NCBI GenBank assembly: GCA_020723485.1
Contig: DYIU01000003.1
Location: 394,347-458,346, forward strand
Direction: 5' to 3'
Length of the DNA: 64,000 bases
DNA from: Acidimicrobium ferrooxidans
GTDB lineage: Bacteria > Actinomycetota > Geothermincolia > Fen-727 > Anoxymicrobiaceae
Positions 9,101-16,698 of this stretch are shown here, in pieces (within the stretch, counting starts at the first letter, position 1; each line of letters starts with the position of its first letter). The translations under genes were made by a program, and so were the position numbers. The notes under the pieces are model-generated. The model searched no databases. It saw only the letters and a list, made by a program, of their open reading frames with translations, and was not told the DNA's origin.

Positions 9101-9791
9101 TGCCGTCCTGCGGCCCGCTGCCTCCCACCGTGTTTCCGGATGCGGAGCTCGATATGTTGATATTGTCGCTCGCCCCCGGAGCAGGAGCACCCAGGCCGTC
9201 CGCGTAAGTGCCGATGTAGTTCCCCGCCACCACGTTCCCTGTCGCGCCAGGTCCCGAGATGCCTATCCCGTTGCTCGTGAACCCGTAGATCGCGAGTCCC
9301 TGGACCGTATTTCCTCCGGAGCCGATGTTGATGCCGGTCCCGACGGAGCCCTGCCCGTTTACGGCCACCAGGATGACCCTCGAAGCTATCGGCCCTGGCG
9401 ACGCTCCATCCTGTGTGTAACCGTCAATAGTGGTGTTTCCACCATGCAGCACGGGAAGGGGTGAAAGAAGGAGTATCTCGTAGGGGCCGGCCGGGATGTC
9501 GAACTCGATGACCTTGGTGTCCTCGGGGAGCTCCGCGCTGGCATCGATCATCGCCTGCCGCAACGACCCGACCCCGGAGTCGTTGACCGTGACTACGGTG
9601 AAGGTATGCGTGTCCGCCGCTCCCGCCGGTCCGGCCACCATGAACACCGTGGCCGCGACCATTGCAATGAGCACGAGTGCGAACGCCGCGGGCACGCGGA
9701 CTATTCCGGGATACCGCTCGAATGGGACCTTCGTCTCCGGCCTCCTCCACTCAGACTTATCGGGATGCAGGTCACTGGACAGGAAGACCAC
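6111..9791 (-). CDS. Large secreted right-handed beta-helix protein with C-terminal WYLAEG (DUF5719-like) repeats
   Basis: Signal-like segment, 'VTVNDSGVGSLRQA', many 'GNVVAGNYIGTD' beta-helix rungs, then YLAEG/YLPDG repeats. Start uncertain. Confidence 0.85.
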   Translation of the reverse strand: MVFLSSDLHPDKSEWRRPETKVPFERYPGIVRVPAAFALVLIAMVAATVFMVAGPAGAADTHTFTVVTVNDSGVGSLRQAMIDASAELPEDTKVIEFDIPAGPYEILLLSPLPVLHGGNTTIDGYTQDGASPGPIASRVILVAVNGQGSVGTGINIGSGGNTVQGLAIYGFTSNGIGISGPGATGNVVAGNYIGTYADGLGAPAPGASDNINISSSASGNTVGGSGPQDGNLISAAAHEGVCIRADGNHIAGNFIGTDKTGTAALGNASDGVWIDGGASSSSNNTIGGGGPGEGNLISGNPNGVTITGPNADGNVVAGNVIGLDATATAALPNDSSGVSITAGAGSASNPNTVGGEGAGTGNVIAANGDSGVYLSDAGTEYNEVLGNYIGTNRDGASGLGNANTGIRIENEAGHTVVGGSEEGRNHIKYNRHQGLILSGVSQCTVSLNTITGNGTGLPCYEASNSPRSLGGNDYDETIMGFPGCFFIGDPSAGEFAAVPSDGSLVQFADGVRSFNVGLVHAWNGSGDLYMTWYADAGVFPSKEVLLGFMDMVLPGFGYDNSEIQDGGFELAFQAASPGSDYLPVGSLPVAAGYSPPALDFGTKVYDSGVSLGGTDCVVSDNTIEGNLGSGVSFAPFSDSTGNQVTSNRIADNQAAGVVVWTPDSYSDRISGNSIYCNGGLGIDILGDGVTPNDGNNNNPEKPQRGYNFPVFSGGQAVVDDSGDALVRGTAPPGAAVELYLTGASPDPSGHGQGRDYLATVTAASSGEFSTTVSGMSAGDLISATAASPAGDPSGEGNTSEFSANLEVRNPAGYLAEGSSAWGFDTYLTIMNPNETATAAKLTYITPAGPVTRPDLELPASSQTVINPRDDIGAMDFSTVVESPEGRPLAVERRMIWTGEGAPSAEGHSSVGVDTPGKAWYLAEGSSAWGFECWLTILNPNDAPATCDVTYMFEDGAPRTVRHEVPAMSRASIDVAGDTGAADASIKVESDVPVVPERTMYGNNRREGHESIGTDTPSRDFYLAEGTTAWGFTTYLVVQNPQPTDTDVTVTYMTSEGGRWRSELQIPACSRRTVRVNDIQPVASTDLSMEVHGSAPIVAERVMLWGGDTPNGEAGHCSIGVGSTRGTFYLPDGETYNGHETWTIVQNPNNQDVEIEVSYMPLAGEGEEVVFSEVVPAHSRRSYDMSDRVPAGRAAVEVTCKTPGKGIVAEQAMYWNSRGAGTSTIGE

Positions 9792-9827
9792 GTTTGATGG
9801 GGTATTCGGTAATAATTGCCAATAACA

Positions 9828-10583
9828 TTAACTGTGGGAGTCAGACCGTTTTTCCGCGACGAGAATCAGCCGCTCGCTCTCGTACTGCGAGTAGGGGGTG
9901 AAGTCCTTCTCCCCGTAGAACGTGAACCTGGCGATCCCCGCCTGCCGGACCGAGAACTCCAGGTCCGCAGCGGTCAGGTTAAGCAGGTCGAACCTGAAGT
10001 GCCGCATCGATGGCTCGCCGCCCGCCGCGTCGATGAAGAAGAACCTGTGGGTGGTCTTTGTTTCCCCGAAGTCGCGCACGAGCATGAGAAAGCACTCCGG
10101 CTCCGGCTCGACCACCTCTATCTCGATGTTCTCGGCCAGCTGCCTGTCGACGTTAGTGCCGCTGACCAGGAGCACTCCTCCCGGCTCGAGAACCTCGAAC
10201 ATCCCCTTCAGCGATTCGGTGACAGCCTGGCCGTCCGGCTCCAGCGAGAGGGAGTTACCCATGCAGACTACCGCGTCGTACTTACCCGGCACGACCCCGG
10301 GCAGGTCGCGCCACGTGGAGTTGTAGAGGTCGACCTCGAGTCCCGAGCCCGACAGCTTCTCGCGGGCGACCCCCAGCATGTGCTCCGATGCGTCCGAGCC
10401 GATGACAGCGAAACCCTCGCGCGCGAGCACCTCGGTGTGGACCCCCGTCCCGCAGGCGCAGTCGAGGACCGTTTCCGCGCCGTAGCGTTCTAGGATGCTC
10501 ACCAGCATGTCCCGGTCGGCTTCCAGGTCTCTCAGGAACATCCTGTCATAGACCCGGGCGATATCCTCGAAACGGTTCTCCAT
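9828..10583 (-). CDS. Class I SAM-dependent methyltransferase (glycine/sarcosine N-methyltransferase-like)
   Basis: VLDCACGTG motif I, 'GSDASEHML' and 'YDAVVCMGNSL'. Confidence 0.85.
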   Translation of the reverse strand: MENRFEDIARVYDRMFLRDLEADRDMLVSILERYGAETVLDCACGTGVHTEVLAREGFAVIGSDASEHMLGVAREKLSGSGLEVDLYNSTWRDLPGVVPGKYDAVVCMGNSLSLEPDGQAVTESLKGMFEVLEPGGVLLVSGTNVDRQLAENIEIEVVEPEPECFLMLVRDFGETKTTHRFFFIDAAGGEPSMRHFRFDLLNLTAADLEFSVRQAGIARFTFYGEKDFTPYSQYESERLILVAEKRSDSHS

Positions 10584-10644
10584 TCCCACCGCCCGCTGCC
10601 GGGGCCCAACACCCCGGCTCAAGCCTTCCGAGGTGGAGCCTTTC

Positions 10645-11061
10645 CTACTCGACGACCTTGTCGTACTGGGTGCCCTCCTGCGGGTTGGTGACAGCTGCGA
10701 CTTTGCCCATGGATATACCGACGTACCAGGTCTCCTCGGCGCCGCCGTCGTCGAAGGTCAGCACCACCACACTGCGGTCATCCTCGGCGTCCTCGACTTC
10801 GTAGGTGCCCTTCCTGGACGAGCCCCATGCGTCGCCCTCGAACGTCCCGTCCTTCGTGAAGACGATCGAGCCGGGCCGACCCATGTTGTCCTTGTACGTG
10901 CCGACGATACCGGTCTCCACGTCCTCGTCGAGGGAGACGACCTCGGTCTCATGCTCGCCCTGGGTTTCGTCTTCCGTTGTCTTGCCGCCGCCGCACCCCA
11001 CAACGAGCAGCAGCCCGAGGACGAGGACCCCCAGGCAAAGGACTGCTACATACCTCTTCAT
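10645..11061 (-). CDS. Lipoprotein, unknown function
   Basis: Lipobox 'LVVGC' followed by a small beta-rich domain ('IVGTY..FTKDGTF..GTYEV'). Confidence 0.75.
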   Translation of the reverse strand: MKRYVAVLCLGVLVLGLLLVVGCGGGKTTEDETQGEHETEVVSLDEDVETGIVGTYKDNMGRPGSIVFTKDGTFEGDAWGSSRKGTYEVEDAEDDRSVVVLTFDDGGAEETWYVGISMGKVAAVTNPQEGTQYDKVVE

Positions 11062-11229
11062 CGTACGGTACCCCCTTGTTCCGGACCCCCACTCTCTGGA
11101 GGACGTTGTAGAGGCCGCTGCCGGTCTCCACGGCGCCCGCCAGAAATCCTAGCACATCGAGGCGGCCAGGGGCCTGGCCGCCGTCCGGCGGCCGCCCGCT
11201 CCTGAACCATCTATACTATTGTGAGAACT

Positions 11230-11259
11230 GCAAAATCGGGGTCAGGTCACTTTGTTGCA
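11230..11259 (+). repeat. Dispersed GGGGTCAGGTC-core repeat (singlet)
   Basis: GCAAAATCGGGGTCAGGTCACTTTGTTGCA, 28/29 identical to the copies at 51278 and 59880. Confidence 0.85.
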
Positions 11260-11278
11260 TTTTTCAGAGGAGCGCCGC

Positions 11279-12049
11279 ATGAAAAGGGCAGTATTGATGA
11301 GGTCGAGTGCAGTAATGGCCGTCTTGCTCGCGCTTGCCGCGCTGCCTGCCCTCGTGGGCTGCGGCGGCGGGCCCGCGACCGTTCAGGATGGAAGACTCCT
11401 GCTGATGGGCAACGAGAACATAGCCTTCCTGGAGATCGCCAATGGAGAGCCCGGCGGGTTCTCAGCCGAGCTCGTGACGGAGATGGCCGGACGCATGGGG
11501 CTCGAGCTCGAGGTGACCCTGGAGCCGTTCGCCGCGCTCTTCGCCAGTCTGGAAGCCGGGGAGTGCGACATCGCCATGTCGGCGATCACCATCACGCCCG
11601 AGAGGATGGAGCAGGTCGACTTCTCCGACCCTTATTTCGATTCGGGCCAGGCCATCCTGGTGCCGGAGGACTCAGCCGTCTCCGGGGAAGCGGACCTCGC
11701 CGGGAAGCGGGTGGGCGTCCTCGAGGGCTCCACGAACCAGGAGACAGCCGAGAGCATACCCGGTATCGCCGAGATAGTGCGCTTCCGGGAGAAGCCCCCG
11801 ATGTTCGAGGCCCTCGTTGCAGGCGGGCTCGACGCGGTCATCAGCGACACGCCGTTCGCTCAGTTCAACGCGAAGGCCACCGGGAAGACAAAGATCGCAA
11901 AGGTGCTGACCCGCAGTGAGAAGTACGGGATAGCGGTGAAGAAGGGCAACTCCGAGCTGCTGCGGGAACTGAACGACGAGCTGAGGAAGCTCAAAGAGGA
12001 CGGGACGTACGACCGGCTGTACGAGAAGTACTTCGGCGACAGGGTCTAG
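11279..12049 (+). CDS. Amino-acid ABC-type substrate-binding lipoprotein (SBP family 3), orphan
   Basis: Lipobox LVGC, 'SAITITPERMEQVDFSDPYF' and 'YGIAVKKGN..DGTYDRLYEKYF'. Confidence 0.92.
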   Translation: MKRAVLMRSSAVMAVLLALAALPALVGCGGGPATVQDGRLLLMGNENIAFLEIANGEPGGFSAELVTEMAGRMGLELEVTLEPFAALFASLEAGECDIAMSAITITPERMEQVDFSDPYFDSGQAILVPEDSAVSGEADLAGKRVGVLEGSTNQETAESIPGIAEIVRFREKPPMFEALVAGGLDAVISDTPFAQFNAKATGKTKIAKVLTRSEKYGIAVKKGNSELLRELNDELRKLKEDGTYDRLYEKYFGDRV

Positions 12050-12098
12050 GGAGCGCGACCCGGCCGACGCTTTAGAATCGAAGCGGTTCGAAGCTCTC

Positions 12099-13628
12099 TC
12101 AGTGCACCGGGCCGGTGGCAAGGGAGCCCGCATCCCCCGACAGGAGCTCGGCACTGATGGTGGTGTGCTGCCCGATAACGCTGACGGCGGGCTCTTCCAT
12201 CTCCGAGCACGTGCCGGTGGGGGCCTGCAGCGCGAGCGGCATGGCCACCGCCCCGTCGGCGGGCGGGGTGAACGCCGCGTCCACGTCCAACTGCACGTTG
12301 CAGCGCAGCGGGTCCTGGTTGCCGAAGTAGAACTCCTTGAACTCCCTGCGCTCCTCCTCGGTTATCCGGTCGGTCCAGTCGGATATGTCCGCCGCCGTGG
12401 GGTCCACCGGGACCCAGCCGTAGTTGGGCAGGTAGAACTCGGCCCAGAAATGGCCCGCGAAGTTGCCGGTGAACAGCTGCCAGCCGCCGGTGGTCCGGGC
12501 GGGAATCCCGAGCGAGCGGCAGAGGGCGCTGAAGTACATGCTCTGTGCCCCGCAGTCGCCGCGCTTCATCCTGTGCACGTAGACTGACTCGCGCTCCCCT
12601 CTCGGCCAGGCCGCCATGTGCGGCATGTAACTGTACCTGACCTCTTTCAGGATGTAGTCGTAGAGCTTCTTCGCTGCGAGGTACGGGTTCTTCTCGCGGC
12701 CGACGACCTTCTTAGCCGTGGACCGGATGTCGTCGGATATGTAGATGTTTCCGTATGACCTGGTGTACTCCCTGTAGAGCGCGCTCGACCTGTCGTACTC
12801 GCCGACGTTTTCCGGCTCCACCTTGAAGTTCTCCTGGTAGTGCGTGAACTGGAACTTGACCTCAATGCTCAGGTCGCCCGCGAGCTCCTCGAGCGGTACC
12901 TCGAAGTAGGCGTCCGACAGCGCCCCGTCGAGGGAAGCCGGCTGCTTGAGCCAGGTATCGGGAGTAACCGACACCACCGAGACCGTGTCCTGCGGCCCCA
13001 GCAGCACCGGGAGCGGGAACCAGAGCTTCAGGACACCCTTATCGGGCAGTTCCGGGCGGGGTATGTCGACCGACTCGGTGCCCAGCCACGTCAGGGGATT
13101 GGAGTACGGCTGCCACTCAGGGGCCTGGTACTCGATGTACGGCTTGAAACTCTTTATAAGGCCGGCCACCGTCTCGGACTTCGCGGTGTTCTGGTACGCG
13201 ATGTCGAAGTGGCGTGTCGCTATGTTCTCGGCCGCCTGGTCGAAGTAGTGGACCTTGCCGTCCCAGGTCATGTGCTCGAGCTCGCCGCTCTTTATCCAGC
13301 CCTCGCGCTCTTCGCGCGGCACCTGGGGATACAGCTCTTCGAGCTTCTTCCTGGTGTCTGAGACCAGGTCCGGGTAAGTGGCCATGACGAACATCGCGTC
13401 CTGCGCAGCGTTGCGGCATTCGGTCGCCCTGGCTGCCTCACCCTCCTTCACGAAGAGCGAACGGGCGCGCTCGTACTCCTTCATTGCCTTCGTGAGCTCG
13501 GCCTTCTCCTCGAGCTCCCGGGCCCTTTCGAGGGCCTGCTGCGCGGGCGACCCGCCGCACCCCCCCAGGACCGGCACCACAAGCGCCAGGATGACTAATA
13601 CGATCAGCGTGACGCGTACTCTGGACAT
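12099..13628 (-). CDS. Transglutaminase-like lipoprotein
   Basis: Lipobox LGGC and catalytic triad motifs GDCG, HFWAEFY and WVPVDPT. Confidence 0.88.
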   Translation of the reverse strand: MSRVRVTLIVLVILALVVPVLGGCGGSPAQQALERARELEEKAELTKAMKEYERARSLFVKEGEAARATECRNAAQDAMFVMATYPDLVSDTRKKLEELYPQVPREEREGWIKSGELEHMTWDGKVHYFDQAAENIATRHFDIAYQNTAKSETVAGLIKSFKPYIEYQAPEWQPYSNPLTWLGTESVDIPRPELPDKGVLKLWFPLPVLLGPQDTVSVVSVTPDTWLKQPASLDGALSDAYFEVPLEELAGDLSIEVKFQFTHYQENFKVEPENVGEYDRSSALYREYTRSYGNIYISDDIRSTAKKVVGREKNPYLAAKKLYDYILKEVRYSYMPHMAAWPRGERESVYVHRMKRGDCGAQSMYFSALCRSLGIPARTTGGWQLFTGNFAGHFWAEFYLPNYGWVPVDPTAADISDWTDRITEEERREFKEFYFGNQDPLRCNVQLDVDAAFTPPADGAVAMPLALQAPTGTCSEMEEPAVSVIGQHTTISAELLSGDAGSLATGPVH

Positions 13629-13763
13629 CCTCACTCCTTCGCATCTCTCTTCGAGTGTTGTCGGCTTGCACCGCGCGCTTTCTGAAGCGAGGAATGCATA
13701 ATGGGGCATAATCCCAGGATCTTGATTCCGTGAACGACCCGCCTGCGCCCCGACGGCGATAGC

Positions 13764-15596
13764 CTATCGCGCCGCCCGCAGGAACTCCCTGCAGAGGTTC
13801 ACACCTTCACGGGGATCCAGGGTCCAGGCGTCGGCCCCGACGAAGTCGCGTACGCCCTCGGTGGTCGGCCCGCCTCCTATGATAACGAACCTGCCGCCCC
13901 TGATCCCCCGCTCGCCGAGCAGCTCGACCACCTGTCTCATGGACTCGAAGGTGGGGGTGATAAGCGCCGACATTGCGACTACCGCGGCGCCGGTCTCGGC
14001 GACCTTGTCCACGATGGCTTCCGGCGGCACGTCGACCCCCAGGTCGTGGACGTTGAAACCGCTCGCCCTGAAGAGAGTCGCGGTTATGTTCTTGCCGATG
14101 TCGTGGACGTCACCCTTGGGCGTGGCGATGACCACGACCCCGCCTCCAGCCTCTCCCCCGCCCTCCATGACGAGCGGCTCGAGCCTCTCGGCCACCTCCT
14201 TGAACGCGTCGGCGGTGAGGACCAGCTCGGCCAGGAAATACTCGCCGCTGCTGTACAGCTCGCCCACCTTCTCCATCCCGGAGCGGCAGTCGTCGAGTAT
14301 CTCGAGTGGATCTCTTCCGGCGGAGATATCTCTCTGGACCATCGACATCATCTCGTCCAGTCGGAGCTCGCAAAGCGCCAGGCCGATCTCCCCTTCGAGC
14401 GCCACCTCCACGGCGTCCCGCCCGGCGGTCTCGACGCTCCGAGCGCTGGACCCGGCGGTCTTCCTGCCGCGGTAGGTCCTGCCGGTCTCGACCATTGCCC
14501 TCAGGTTCTCGGGCCTTACGTCGATCGGGCACTCGCACCCGGTGGTGAGCATGAAGCCGCCCCCGTCACCGACCTCATCGATCAGCTTCCTGCAGTAGGC
14601 CTCGACCTCATCCGGCTTCCCGAGCGAAAGCAGCGCGGCCGGCACGTCCCCGCTTATGCACATGTGCCCTTTCAGTATCTCCTTGGCGCGGAAGATGTCG
14701 GTCATGCCGTCCAGGTCGCATACGCATTTGCCCCTCGGGAGCTTCTTCAGGTAAGGCATGTTGAGCGTCCAGTCGGTGTCGAAGTGCAGCCAGGGCGTGA
14801 TGCCCTCCGAGACAAAGGCGTCAACGTAAGCCTGCAGCCACGGCCACTCGAAGCGCTCGAACGTCTCGAGGCGGTAGTAGGCCCCCGAGCCCCTCTCCAA
14901 CACCACGAAAGCCACCATCTTGCCGTTGTTCCTGCAGACCTGCACCGCGTTCGAGATGAGGTCGTCGCACGAAGCGCGCATGGCAGCCTCGACCTTGTCT
15001 GGCACCTCGAAGAGGTCGCGGGTGAACTCGGGGAGAGTCCGGCACAGGGAGAACGCCATCAGCACCGAGTCTACGGCCACCCCAAGGAAGATAGGCATCC
15101 CCTGCTCCTCGCATATCTTCGTGTCCTCGTCGTAGAACTGGTTGCTCAGGGTCTGCATCAACCTGAACTTCTCGGCGGACTTGCCGCTCATCTCCTCGTA
15201 GCGCTCGTCCCAGTATGCGTTCCACCCCAGCGCGGCTATCCTGTCGTAGTCCTCCCTCCCGAAGAGCACCCTCTCGTCTATCTGGTACAGGTCGTCCTCC
15301 CCGAGCTGCCGCCCGGGAATGAGGTTTCGCACCGGCGCCCCGCAGTGCCTGCCGGGTAGCATCGGGTAGTAGTAGTTGGGCTTGCTGCCGTAGTCGTATC
15401 CGAACTCCTTGAAGCACCAGAGGAGCGCCTCGCGGGCCGCGTCGTGGTCGCGCCACGCCTCCCCCTGGGTGATTCCGTACAGCCTCGGCCCCGCCGTGAC
15501 TAGTATCGGGAAAACCGGGTGCCGGTCTACCGGCTCGATGGCCAGGGCGGCCTCGATCCTCTCCTGGGAGGTCATGGTCTCTGTTACTCCGGCCAT
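13764..15596 (-). CDS. Fusion of a UroD/MtaA-like methylcobamide methyltransferase and a corrinoid (B12)-binding protein
   Basis: N-terminal 'MTSQERIEAAL..PVDRHPV' through 'GGGFMLTTGCECP..PENLRAM', then a B12-binding domain with 'GEYFLAEL', 'GDVHDIGKN', 'DLGVDVP' and 'IIGGG'. Confidence 0.88.
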   Translation of the reverse strand: MAGVTETMTSQERIEAALAIEPVDRHPVFPILVTAGPRLYGITQGEAWRDHDAAREALLWCFKEFGYDYGSKPNYYYPMLPGRHCGAPVRNLIPGRQLGEDDLYQIDERVLFGREDYDRIAALGWNAYWDERYEEMSGKSAEKFRLMQTLSNQFYDEDTKICEEQGMPIFLGVAVDSVLMAFSLCRTLPEFTRDLFEVPDKVEAAMRASCDDLISNAVQVCRNNGKMVAFVVLERGSGAYYRLETFERFEWPWLQAYVDAFVSEGITPWLHFDTDWTLNMPYLKKLPRGKCVCDLDGMTDIFRAKEILKGHMCISGDVPAALLSLGKPDEVEAYCRKLIDEVGDGGGFMLTTGCECPIDVRPENLRAMVETGRTYRGRKTAGSSARSVETAGRDAVEVALEGEIGLALCELRLDEMMSMVQRDISAGRDPLEILDDCRSGMEKVGELYSSGEYFLAELVLTADAFKEVAERLEPLVMEGGGEAGGGVVVIATPKGDVHDIGKNITATLFRASGFNVHDLGVDVPPEAIVDKVAETGAAVVAMSALITPTFESMRQVVELLGERGIRGGRFVIIGGGPTTEGVRDFVGADAWTLDPREGVNLCREFLRAAR

Positions 15597-15721
15597 GGGA
15601 GCTCCTTCCCGTGGACTTCAGGCCCAGTCAATTATATCGATGAGGGCATTATTGACATACATGTGGTGTGATGCATATTGTCGGTAGGCTCGAACGAGGA
15701 CTCTGAAGGGGGTTAGCGGCT

Positions 15722-16408
15722 TTGGTCAGACTCGATACTGATGTCGTTAAGGACATCTTCCTCGAGCTGGGTGCGGATCTCTGCGGGATCGCCCCCGCCC
15801 AGAGGTTCGGCGAGGCCCCCGAAGGCTTCAGGCCTACGGATATATTCGGTGACTGCAGAAGCGTGATCGTCTTTGCGAAACGCCTGCCCGCAGGCCCGTT
15901 GTTCGCGGCCAGCTGTATTCCGTACACCCGGTTGAACGACCTCCTGATGACTCGGCTGGACGACGTGGGCTACGCGGCTTCATTAGAGCTCGAGCGCCTG
16001 GGGGCGAAAGCCGTGGCCGTTCCGGCCGACGATCCCTCCGAATACTGGGAGGCGGACCGGCATTACGCTCGCGGTGTTCTCTCACTCCGCCATGCCGGTT
16101 ACCTGGCGGGGCTCGGCGTGCTCGGGCGCAACACGCTCCTGAAGAGCGAGCGGTTCGGGAACATGATCCAGCTCGGCGCGGCGCTCGTGGACGTGGAGCT
16201 CGAGGCCGACCCGGTGGCGTCAGGCGAGGCCTGCCCCTCCGACTGCAGCATCTGCCTGGACGCATGCCCGCAGGGAGCGCTCGACGGCAACACCGTAGAC
16301 CAGAAGCTCTGCCGCCCGCTCTCCAACTACACGAGCCCCAGGGGCTATAAGCTGTACAAGTGCTGGGAGTGCAGGAAAGCCTGCCCCGACGCGCTCGGCA
16401 CCCGGTGA
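15722..16408 (+). CDS. Epoxyqueuosine-reductase-like (QueG/RdhA superfamily) 4Fe-4S protein
   Basis: 'GADLCGIA', 'SLRHAGYLAGLGVLGRN', CxxCxxxCP and CWECRKACP. A TTGACA..CATATT promoter candidate lies at 15652-15679. Confidence 0.82.
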   Translation: MVRLDTDVVKDIFLELGADLCGIAPAQRFGEAPEGFRPTDIFGDCRSVIVFAKRLPAGPLFAASCIPYTRLNDLLMTRLDDVGYAASLELERLGAKAVAVPADDPSEYWEADRHYARGVLSLRHAGYLAGLGVLGRNTLLKSERFGNMIQLGAALVDVELEADPVASGEACPSDCSICLDACPQGALDGNTVDQKLCRPLSNYTSPRGYKLYKCWECRKACPDALGTR

Positions 16409-16587
16409 AGCATCCCCCATCTGGGGTATATTCGGGTTGTCCCCGAATGCGGATTATTCCTTTTATACCGCGGAATGAGATATCCCCCGTATGGGGGTTA
16501 CGCATGCAAGCGGCGACGGTCAATAATTCATGCAACAGGTCCAGCGGCACATTCCACACCGCCCTGGGCACTGTGGGGTTCAAAATC

Positions 16588-16660
16588 GAAAGGGAAGCTT
16601 TGACCCGCGGGTTTAAACTGGTCACCTGGCCCGCGGCGAGCGAGTGGTGAAACCGGCCCG
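16588..16660 (+). ncRNA. c-di-GMP-II riboswitch
   Basis: GGAAGCTTTGA-CCCGCGGG..CTGGTCACCTGG-CCCGCGG-CGAGCGAGTGGTGAAACCGGCCC matches the class-II c-di-GMP pattern, including the TCACC/GGTGA pseudoknot. Confidence 0.82.
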
Positions 16661-16685
16661 ATCATCGAGGATCGGGTTTTTTATT
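16657..16685 (+). terminator. Riboswitch expression-platform intrinsic terminator
   Basis: CCCGATC-atcgag-GATCGGG followed by TTTTTTATT. Confidence 0.85.
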
Positions 16686-16698
16686 GGGGGAGGAGAAC

